Of a stretch of 64,000 nucleotides of DNA, positions 53,002-64,000 are shown one piece after another; position 1 is the first letter of the stretch, and each line of letters starts with the position of its first letter. The notes under the pieces were generated by a model. That model was not told where the DNA came from. It searched no databases and saw nothing but the letters and a program-made list of their open reading frames with translations. Position numbers and translations under genes: made by a program. This DNA is from Auanema rhodensis. Its lineage: Eukaryota > Animalia > Nematoda. The stretch spans positions 3,844,001-3,908,000 of the forward strand of contig OZ059897.1 of assembly GCA_964057225.1 (NCBI GenBank). The letters are read 5' to 3'.

Positions 53002-56000
53002 CAATGTAGTATAGTGCATTCGATGCGGATTTTTAAGCTGCGTTGATCTGTGTTATCAGATTTGAGTTAGCTTAAAAATGCACCGAGATATCAACTGATA
53101 TATGTTCACGCTTATATCCTCGATTTTCACACTGAAGAAATGATTTTTTCGTTGAATAACATTGTCCATCGTCTTCGTCTTGAAAAAAGGAATCTAAAAA
53201 CATCTACTTTTTGTGAAATTATTTAGAAATTTTTCGGGAAAATTTTTGTCAAAATGTTTTTGGAAGCAATGTTGAGTGTACATGGGAACTCAACATACAC
53301 TAATGCATTATTTTTCAAACGATCATAACTAATTTTTGTATAAAGCGTTTATCAATGTAGTATAGTGCTGTCGATGCGGATTTTTAAGCTGCGTTGATCT
53401 GTGTTATCAGATTTGAGTTAGCTTAAAAATGCACCGAGATATCAACTGATATATGTTCACGCTTATATCCTCGATTTTCACACTGAAGAAATGATTTTTT
53501 CGTTGAATAACATTGTCCATCGTCTTCGTCTTGAAAAAAGGAATCTAAAAACATCTACTTTTTGTGAAATTATTTAGAAATTTTTCGGGAAAATTTTTGT
53601 CAAAATGTTTTTCGAAGCAATGTTGAGTGTACATGGGAACTCAACATACACTAATGCATTATTTTTCAAACGATCATAACTAATTTTTGTATAGAGCGTT
53701 TCTCAATGTAGTATAGTGCATTCGATGCGGATTTTTAAGCTGCGTTGATCTGTGTTATCAGATTTGAGTTATCTTAAAAATGCACCGAGATATCAACTGA
53801 TATATGTTCACGCTTATATCCTCGATTTTCACCCTGAAGAAATGATTTTTTCGTTGAATAACATTTACCATCGTCTTCGTCTTGAAAAAAGAAATCTAAA
53901 AACATCTACTTTTTGTGAAATTATTTAGAAATTTTTCGGGAAAATTTTTGTCAAAATGTTTTTCGAAGCAATGTTGAGTGTACATGGGAACTCAACATAC
54001 ACTAATGCATTATTTTTCAAACGATCATAACTAATTTTTGTATTAAGCGTTTATCAATGTAGTATAGTGCATTCGATGCGGATTTTTAAGCTGCGTTGAT
54101 CTGTGTTATCAGATTTGAGTTAGCTTAAAAATGCACCGAGATATCAACTGATATATGTTCACGCTTATATCCTCGATTTTCACCCTGAAGAAATGATTGT
54201 TTCGTTGAATAACATTGTCCATCGTCTTCGTCTTGAAAAAAGGAATCTAAAAACATCTACTTTTTGTGAAATTATTTAGAAATTTTTCGGGAAAATTTTT
54301 GTCAAAATGTTTTTGGAAGCAATGTTGAGTGTACATGGGAACTCAACATACACTAATGCATTATTTTTCAAACGATCATAACTAATTTTTGTATTAAGCG
54401 TTTATCAATGTAGTATAGTGCATTCGATGCGGATTTTTAAGCTGCGTCGATCTGTGTTATCAGATTTGCGCTAGCTTGGAAATTCACCGAGATATCAACT
54501 GATATAGGTTCACACTTATATCCTCGATTTTCACCCTGAAGAATTAATTTTTTCGTTGAATAACATTGTCCATCGTCTTTGCCTTGAAAAAAGGAATCTA
54601 AAAACATCTACTTTTTGTGAAATTATTTAGAAATTTTTCGGGAAAATTTTTGTCACAATGTTTTTGGAAGCAATGTTGAGTGTACATGGGAACTCAGCAT
54701 ACACTAATGCATTATTTTTCAAACGATCATAACTAATTTTTGTATAGAGCGTTTCTCAATGTAGTATAGTGCTGTCGATGCGGATTTTTAAGCTGCGTTG
54801 ATCTGTGTTATCAGATTTGAGTTAGCTTAAAAATGCACCGAGATATCAACTGATATAGGTTCACACTTATATCCTCGATTTTCACCCTGAAGAATTAATT
54901 TTTTCGTTGAATAACATTGTCCATCGTCTTTGCCTTGAAAAAAGGAATCTAAAAACATCTACTTTTTGTGAAATTATTTAGAAATTTTTCGGGAAAATTT
55001 TTGTCAAAATGTTTTTGGAAGCAATGTTGAGTGTACATGGGAACTCAACATACACTAATGCATTATTTTTCAAACGATCATAACTAATTTTTGTATAGAG
55101 CGTTTCTCAATGTAGTATAGTGCATTCGATGCGGATTTTTAAGCTGCGTTGATCTGTGTTATCAGATTTGAGTTATCTTAAAAATGCACCGAGATATCAA
55201 CTGATAAATGTTCACGCTTATATCCTCGATTTTCACCCTGAAGAAATGATTTTTTCGTTGAATAACATTTACCATCGTCTTCGTCTTGAAAAAAGGAATC
55301 TAAAAACATCTACTTTTTGTGAAATTATTTAGAAATTTTTCGGGAAAATTTTTGTCAAAATGTTTTTGGAAGCAATGTTGAGTGTACATGGGAACTCAAC
55401 ATACACTAATGCATTATTTTTCAAACGATCATAACTAATTTTTGTATTGAGCGTTTATCAATGTAGTATAGTGCATTCGATGCGGATTTTTAAGCTGCGT
55501 CGATCTGTGTTATCAGATTTGCGCTAGCTTGAAAATGCACCGAGATATCAACTGATATAGGTTCACACTTATATCCTCGATTTTCACCCTGAAGAATTAA
55601 TTTTTTCATTGAATAACATTGTCCATCGTCTTTGCCTTGAAAAAAGGAATCTAAAAACATCTACTTTTTGTGAAATTATTTAGAAATTTTTCGGGAAAAT
55701 TTTTGTCAAAATGTTTTTGGAAGCAATGTTGAGTGTACATGGGAACTCAACATACACTAATGCATTATTTTTCAAACGATCATAACTAATTTTTGTATAG
55801 AGCGTTTCTCAATGTAGTATAGTGCATTCGATGCGGATTTTTAAGCTGCGTTGATCTGTGTTATCAGATTTGAGTTATCTTAAAAATGCACCGAGATATC
55901 AACTGATATATGTTCACGCTTATATCCTCGATTTTCACCCTGAAGAAATGATTTTTTCGTTGAATAACATTTACCATCGTCTTCGTCTTGAAAAAAGAAA

Positions 56001-59000
56001 TCTAAAAACATCTACTTTTTGTGAAATTATTTAGAAATTTTTCGGGAAAATTTTTGTCAAAATGTTTTTCGAAGCAATGTTGAGTGTACATGGGAACTCA
56101 ACATACACTAATGCATTATTTTTCAAACGATCATAACTAATTTTTGTATTAAGCGTTTATCAATGTAGTATAGTGCATTCGATGCGGATTTTTAAGCTGC
56201 GTTGATCTGTGTTATCAGATTTGAGTTAGCTTAAAAATGCACCGAGATATCAACTGATATATGTTCACGCTTATATCCTCGATTTTCACCCTGAAGAAAT
56301 GATTTTTTCGTTGAATAACATTGTCCATCGTCTTCGTCTTGAAAAAAGGAATCTAAAAACATCTACTTTTTGTGAAATTATTTAGAAATTTTTCGGGAAA
56401 ATTTTTGTCAAAATGTTTTTGGAAGCAATGTTGAGTGTACATGGGAACTCAACATACACTAATGCATTATTTTTCAAACGATCATAACTAATTTTTGTAT
56501 TAAGCGTTTATCAATGTAGTATAGTGCATTCGATGCGGATTTTTAAGCTGCGTCGATCTCTGTTATCAGATTTGCGCTAGCTTGGAAATGCACCGAGATA
56601 TCAACTGATATAGGTTCACACTTATATCCTCGATTTTCACCCTGAAGAATTAATTTTTTCGTTGAATAACATTGTCCATCGTCTTTGCCTTGAAAAAAGG
56701 AATCTAAAAACATCTACTTTTTGTGAAATTATTTAGAAATTTTTCGGGAAAATTTTTGTCACAATGTTTTTGGAAGCAATGTTGAGTGTACATGGGAACT
56801 CAGCATACACTAATGCATTATTTTTCAAACGATCATAACTAATTTTTGTATAGAGCGTTTCTCAATGTAGTATAGTGCTGTCGATGCGGATTTTTAAGCT
56901 GCGTTGATCTGTGTTATCAGATTTGAGTTAGCTTAAAAATGCACCGAGATATCAACTGATATAGGTTCACACTTATATCCTCGATTTTCACCCTGAAGAA
57001 TTAATTTTTTCATTGAATAACATTGTCCATCGTCTTTGCCTTGAAAAAAGGAATCTAAAAACATCTACTTTTTGTGAAATTATTTAGAAATTTTTCGGGA
57101 AAATTTTTGTCAAAATGTTTTTGGAAGCAATGTTGAGTGTACATGGGAACTCAACATACACTAATGCATTATTTTTCAAACGATCATAACTAATTTTTGT
57201 ATAGAGCGTTTCTCAATGTAGTATAGTGCATTCGATGCGGATTTTTAAGCTGCGTTGATCTGTGTTATCAGATTTGAGTTATCTTAAAAATGCACCGAGA
57301 TATCAACTGATATATGTTCACGCTTATATCCTCGATTTTCACCCTGAAGAAATGATTTTTTCGTTGAATAACATTTACCATCGTCTTCGTCTTGAAAAAA
57401 GGAATCTAAAAACATCTACTTTTTGTGAAATTATTTAGAAATTTTTCGGGAAAATTTTTGTCAAAATGTTTTTGGAAGCAATGTTGAGTGTACATGGGAA
57501 CTCAACATACACTAATGCATTATTTTTCAAACGATCATAACTAATTTTTGTATTAAGCGTTCATCAATGTAGTATAGTGCATTCGATGCGGATTTTTAAG
57601 CTGCGTTGATCTGTGTTATCAGATTTGAGTTAGCTTAAAAATGCACCGAGATATCAACTGATATATGTTCACGCTTATATCCTCGATTTTCACCCTGAAG
57701 AAATGATTTTTTCGTTGAATAACATTGTCCATCGTCTTCGTCTTGAAAAAAGGAATCTAAAAACATCTACTTTTTGTGAAATTATTTAGAAATTTTTCGG
57801 GAAAATTTTTGTCAAAATGTTTTTGGAAGCAATGTTGAGTGTACATGGGAACTCAACATACACTAATGCATTATTTTTCAAACGATCATAACTAATTTTT
57901 GTATTAAGCGTTTATCAATGTAGTATAGTGCATTCGATGCGGATTTTTAAGCTGCGTCGATCTGTGTTATCAGATTTGCGCTAGCTTAAAAATGCACCGA
58001 GATATCAACTCATATAGGTTCACACTTATATCCTCGATTTTCACCCTGAAGAATTAATTTTTTCGTTGAATAACATTGTCCATCGTCTTTGCCTTGAAAA
58101 AAGGAATCTAAAAACATCTACTTTTTGTGAAATTATTTAGAAATTTTTCGGGAAAATTTTTGTCACAATGTTTTTGGAAGCAATGTTGAGTGTACATGGG
58201 AACTCAGCATACACTAATGCATTATTTTTCAAACGATCATAACTAATTTTTGTATAGAGCGTTTCTCAATGTAGTATAGTGCTGTCGATGCGGATTTTTA
58301 AGCTGCGTTGATCTGTGTTATCAGATTTGAGTTAGCTTAAAAATGCACCGAGATATCAACTGATATATGTTCACGCTTATATCCTCGATTTTCACACTGA
58401 AGAAATGATTTTTTCGTTGAATAACATTGTCCATCGTCTTCGTCTTGAAAAAAGGAATCTGAAAACATCTACTTTTTGTGAAATTATTTATAAATTTTTC
58501 GGGAAAATTTTTGTCAAAATGTTTTTGGAAGCAATGTTGAGTGTACATGGGAACTCAACATACACTAATGCATTATTTTTCAAACGATCATAACTAATTT
58601 TTGTATTAAGCGTTTATCAATGTAGTATAGTGCATTCGATGCGGATTTTTAAGCTGCGTCGATCTGTGTTATCAGATTTGCGCTAGCTTAAAAATGCACC
58701 GAGATATCAACTCATATAGGTTCACACTTATATCCTCGATTTTCACCCTGAAGAATTAATTTTTTCGTTGAATAACATTGTCCATCGTCTTTGCCTTGAA
58801 AAAAGGAATCTAAAAACATCTACTTTTTGTGAAATTATTTAGAAATTTTTCGGGAAAATTTTTGTCACAATGTTTTTGGAAGCAATGTTGAGTGTACATG
58901 GGAACTCAGCATACACTAATGCATTATTTTTCAAACGATCATAACTAATTTTTGTATAGAGCGTTTCTCAATGTAGTATAGTGCTGTCGATGCGGATTTT

Positions 59001-62000
59001 TAAGCTGCGTTGATCTGTGTTATCAGATTTGAGTTAGCTTAAAAATGCACCGAGATATCAACTGATATATGTTCACGCTTATATCCTCGATTTTCACACT
59101 GAAGAAATGATTTTTTCGTTGAATAACATTGTCCATCGTCTTCGTCTTGAAAAAAGGAATCTGAAAACATCTACTTTTTGTGAAATTATTTATAAATTTT
59201 TCGGGAAAATTTTTGTCAAAATGTTTTTGGAAGCAATGTTGAGTGTACATGGGAACTCAACATACACTAATGCATTATTTTTCAAACGATCATAACTAAT
59301 TTTTGTATAGAGCGTTTCTCAATGTAGTATAGTGCATTCGATGCGGATTTTTAAGCTGCGTTGATCTGTGTTATCAGATTTGAGTTAGCTTAAAAATGCA
59401 CCGAGATATCAACTGATATATGTTCACACTTATATCCTCGATTTTCACCCTGAAGAAATGATTTTTTCGTTGAAAAACATTGTCCATCGTATTCGTCTTG
59501 AAAAAAGGAATCTAAAAACATCTACTTTTTGTGAAATTAATTAGAAATTTTTCGGGAAAATTTTTGTCAAAATGTTTTTGGAAGCAATGTTGAGTGTACA
59601 TGGGAACTCAACATACACTAATGCATTATTTTTCAAACGATCATAACTAATTTTTGTATAGAGCGTTTCTCAATGTAGTATAGTGCTGTCGATGCGGATT
59701 TTTAAGCTGCGTTGATCTGTGTTATCAGATTTGAGTTAGCTTAAAAATGCACCGAGATATCAACTGATATATGTTCACGCTTATATCCTCGATTTTCACC
59801 CTGAAGAAATGATTTTTTCGTTGAATAACATTTACCATCGTCTTCGTCTTGAAAAAAGAAATCTAAAAACATCTACTTTTTGTGAAATTATTTAGAAATT
59901 TTTCGGGAAAATTTTTGTCAAAATGTTTTTCGAAGCAATGTTGAGTGTACATGGGAACTCAACATACACTAATGCATTATTTTTCAAACGATCATAACTA
60001 ATTTTTGTATTAAGCGTTTATCAATGTAGTATAGTGCATTCGATGCGGATTTTTAAGCTGCGTTGATCTGTGTTATCAGATTTGAGTTAGCTTAAAAATG
60101 CACCGAGATATCAACTGATATATGTTCACGCTTATATCCTCGATTTTCACCCTGAAGAAATGATTTTTTCGTTGAATAACATTGTCCATCGTCTTCGTCT
60201 TGAAAAAAGGAATCTAAAAACATCTACTTTTTGTGAAATTATTTAGAAATTTTTCGGGAAAATTTTTGTCAAAATGTTTTTGGAAGCAATGTTGAGTGTA
60301 CATGGGAACTCAACATACACTAATGCATTATTTTTCAAACGATCATAACTAATTTTTGTATTAAGCGTTTATCAATGTAGTATAGTGCATTCGATGCGGA
60401 TTTTTAAGCTGCGTCGATCTCTGTTATCAGATTTGCGCTAGCTTGGAAATGCACCGAGATATCAACTGATATAGGTTCACACTTATATCCTCGATTTTCA
60501 CCCTGAAGAATTAATTTTTTCGTTGAATAACATTGTCCATCGTCTTTGCCTTGAAAAAAGGAATCTAAAAACATCTACTTTTTGTGAAATTATTTAGAAA
60601 TTTTTCGGGAAAATTTTTGTCACAATGTTTTTGGAAGCAATGTTGAGTGTACATGGGAACTCAGCATACACTAATGCATTATTTTTCAAACGATCATAAC
60701 TAATTTTTGTATAGAGCGTTTCTCAATGTAGTATAGTGCTGTCGATGCGGATTTTTAAGCTGCGTTGATCTGTGTTATCAGATTTGAGTTAGCTTAAAAA
60801 TGCACCGAGATATCAACTGATATAGGTTCACACTTATATCCTCGATTTTCACCCTGAAGAATTAATTTTTTCGTTGAATAACATTGTCCATCGTCTTTGC
60901 CTTGAAAAAAGGAATCTAAAAACATCTACTTTTTGTGAAATTATTTAGAAATTTTTCGGGAAAATTTTTGTCAAAATGTTTTTGGAAGCAATGTTGAGTG
61001 TACATGGGAACTCAACATACACTAATGCATTATTTTTCAAACGATCATAACTAATTTTTGTATTAAGCGTTTATCAATGTAGTATAGTGCATTCGATGCG
61101 GATTTTTAAGCTGCGTCGATCTGTGTTATCAGATTTGCGCTAGCTTAAAAATGCACCGAGATATCAACTGATATAGGTTCACACTTATATCCTCGATTTT
61201 CACCCTGAAGAATTAATTTTTTCGTTGAATAACATTGTCCATCGTCTTTGCCTTGAAAAAAGGAATCTAAAAACATCTACTTTTTGTGAAATTATTTAGA
61301 AATTTTTCGGGAAAATTTTTGTCACAATGTTTTTGGAAGCAATGTTGAGTGTACATGGGAACTCAGCATACACTAATGCATTATTTTTCAAACGATCATA
61401 ACTAATTTTTGTATAGAGCGTTTCTCAATGTAGTATAGTGCTGTCGATGCGGATTTTTAAGCTGCGTTGATCTGTGTTATCAGATTTGAGTTAGCTTAAA
61501 AATGCACCGAGATATCAACTGATATATGTTCACGCTTATATCCTCGATTTTCACACTGAAGAAATGATTTTTTCGTTGAATAACATTGTCCATCGTCTTC
61601 GTCTTGAAAAAAGGAATCTGAAAACATCTACTTTTTGTGAAATTATTTATAAATTTTTCGGGAAAATTTTTGTCAAAATGTTTTTGGAAGCAATGTTGAG
61701 TGTACATGGGAACTCAACATACACTAATGCATTATTTTTCAAACGATCATAACTAATTTTTGTACAGAGCGTTTCTCAATGTAGTATAGTGCATTCGATG
61801 CGGATTTTTAAGCTGCGTTGATCTGTGTTATCAGATTTGAGTTAGCTTAAAAATGCACCGAGATATCAACTGATATATGTTCACACTTATATCCTCGATT
61901 TTCACCCTGAAGAAATGATTTTTTCGTTGAAAAACATTGTCCATCGTATTCGTCTTGAAAAAAGGAATCTAAAAACATCTACTTTTTGTGAAATTAATTA

Positions 62001-64000
62001 GAAATTTTTCGGGAAAATTTTTGTCAAAATGTTTTTGGAAGCAATGTTGAGTGTACATGGGAACTCAACATACACTAATGCATTATTTTTCAAACGATCA
62101 TAACTAATTTTTGTATAGAGCGTTTCTCAATGTAGTATAGTGCTGTCGATGCGGATTTTTAAGCTGCGTTGATCTGTGTTATCAGATTTGAGTTAGCTTA
62201 AAAATGCACCGAGATATCAACTGATATATGTTCACGCTTATATCCTCGATTTTCACACTGAAGAAATGATTTTTTCGTTGAATAACATTGTCCATCGTCT
62301 TCGTCTTGAAAAAAGGAATCTAAAAACATCTACTTTTTGTGAAATTATTTATAAATTTTTCGGGAAAATTTTTGTCAAAATGTTTTTGGAAGCAATGTTG
62401 AGTGTACATGGGAACTCAGCATACACTAATGCATTATTTTTCAAACGATCATAACTAGTTTTTGTATAGAGCGTTTCTCAATGTAGTATAGTGCATTCGA
62501 TGCGGATTTTTAAGCTGCGTTGATCTGTGTTATCAGATTTGAGTTAGCTTTAAAATGCACCGAGATATCAACTGATATATGTTCACACTTATATCCTCGA
62601 TTTTCACCCTGAAGAAATGATTTTTTCGTTGAATAACATTGTCCATCGTCTTCGTCTTGAAAAAAGGAATCTAAAAACATCTACTTTTTGTGAAATTATT
62701 TATAAATTTTTCGGGAAAATTTTTGTCAAAATGTTTTTGAAGCAATGTTGAGTGTACATGGGAACTCAACATACACTAATGCATTATTTTTCAAACGATC
62801 ATAACTAATTTTTGTATAGAGCGTTTCTCAATGTAGTATAGTGCTGTCGATGCGGATTTTTAAGCTGCGTTGATCTGTGTTATCAGATTTGAGTTATCTT
62901 AAAAATGCACCGAGATATCAACTGATATATGTTCACGCTTATATCCTCGATTTTCACCCTGAAGAAATGATTTTTTCGTTGAATAACATTTACCATCGTC
63001 TTCGTCTTGAAAAAAGAAATCTAAAAACATCTACTTTTTGTGAAATTATTTAGAAATTTTTCGGGAAAATTTTTGTCAAAATGTTTTTCGAAGCAATGTT
63101 GAGTGTACATGGGAACTCAACATACACTAATGCATTATTTTTCAAACGATCATAACTAATTTTTGTATTAAGCGTTTATCAATGTAGTATAGTGCATTCG
63201 ATGCGGATTTTTAAGCTGCGTTGATCTGTGTTATCAGATTTGAGTTAGCTTAAAAATGCACCGAGATATCAACTGATATATGTTCACGCTTATATCCTCG
63301 ATTTTCACCCTGAAGAAATGATTTTTTCGTTGAATAACATTGTCCATCGTCTTCGTCTTGAAAAAAGGAATCTAAAAACATCTACTTTTTGTGAAATTAT
63401 TTAGAAATTTTTCGGGAAAATTTTTGTCAAAATGTTTTTGGAAGCAATGTTGAGTGTACATGGGAACTCAACATACACTAATGCATTATTTTTCAAACGA
63501 TCATAACTAATTTTTGTATTAAGCGTTTATCAATGTAGTATAGTGCATTCGATGCGGATTTTTAAGCTGCGTCGATCTCTGTTATCAGATTTGCGCTAGC
63601 TTGGAAATGCACCGAGATATCAACTGATATAGGTTCACACTTATATCCTCGATTTTCACCCTGAAGAATTAATTTTTTCGTTGAATAACATTGTCCATCG
63701 TCTTTGCCTTGAAAAAAGGAATCTAAAAACATCTACTTTTTGTGAAATTATTTAGAAATTTTTCGGGAAAATTTTTGTCACAATGTTTTTGGAAGCAATG
63801 TTGAGTGTACATGGGAACTCAGCATACACTAATGCATTATTTTTCAAACGATCATAACTAATTTTTGTATAGAGCGTTTCTCAATGTAGTATAGTGCTGT
63901 CGATGCGGATTTTTAAGCTGCGTTGATCTGTGTTATCAGATTTGAGTTAGCTTAAAAATGCACCGAGATATCAACTGATATAGGTTCACACTTATATCCT
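53002..64000. repeat. Right-hand satellite domain (monomers 152-183), irregular, with a recurrent 4-monomer cassette
   Basis: Marker alleles are TTTTCGAAG, CTTGGAAAT, GATCTCTG, AATCTGAAA and ACTCATATA. The cassette starts at 53704, 55810, 59671 and 62829. Confidence 0.8.

Larger units (their letters stand above)
1..64000. repeat. 351-bp satellite DNA tandem array (182 full monomers + 119 bp partial), head-to-tail, no interruptions
   Basis: The unit CA(A/T)TGTAGTATAGTGC...GCGTTT(C/A)T recurs at 1, 352, 703 and so on. Lines 7021, 14041, 21061, 28081, 35101, 42121, 49141 and 56161 (steps of 20x351) all begin CAATGTAGTA. All 62-aa ORF starts differ by multiples of 351 (62266-11371 = 145x351). 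Confidence 0.99.

Noticed and set aside
11287-61707. 75-aa and 63-aa minus-strand ORFs
   Set aside because: They are created by single SNPs that remove a stop in a handful of monomers; there is no coding evidence.
11371-62454. Repeated 62-aa and 92-aa + strand ORFs (MIFSLNNIVHRL...)
   Set aside because: They are the same satellite frame, open only where TAG at monomer position 223 is TAT, CAG or GAG. Most copies have stops, variants are largely non-synonymous, and there is no recognisable domain. The F/K/I/N-rich composition reflects A/T tracts.
1-64000. CRISPR array or repeat-spacer cassette system
   Set aside because: There are no unique spacers; the entire 351-bp unit is repeated, and no cas, integrase or other genes are present.
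1-64000. Assignment to a named satellite (e.g. Drosophila 359-bp or beetle ~350-bp families)
   Set aside because: Only length and AT content are similar; I cannot confirm sequence homology without a database search.
1-64000. Transposon insertion, inversion or tandem MITE
   Set aside because: Phase and orientation are unbroken throughout, and I saw no terminal inverted repeats or target-site duplications bounding the unit.

Overview
The whole 64 kb window is one uninterrupted head-to-tail tandem array of a 351-bp, AT-rich monomer (monomer 1 hand-counted at 113/351 = ~32% GC). There are 182 complete copies plus a 119-bp partial copy, all in the same orientation. Monomer n starts at 1+351(n-1) up to monomer 179, which has the only visible indel (1-bp deletion near 62739). 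I found no unique sequence, transposon, RNA gene or credible protein gene; all listed ORFs are the same repeat-derived frame opening or closing through stop-codon polymorphisms. This is best described as satellite DNA, most likely eukaryotic (peri)centromeric or heterochromatic. That location is inference, and I cannot name the family or species. The interesting structure lies in the variants. About 25 recurrent diagnostic sites define two monomer classes and several regional domains. Higher-order repeats (HORs) are forming locally: a 6-mer, a 7-mer, and a 5-mer nested in a 10-mer, with an apparent single-copy template block 15 kb upstream. The monomer also carries a conserved palindrome-rich segment, phased T/A tracts and many paired substitutions. 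I see no evidence for a new gene-based system; the best candidate for novelty is a satellite captured while HORs are emerging.
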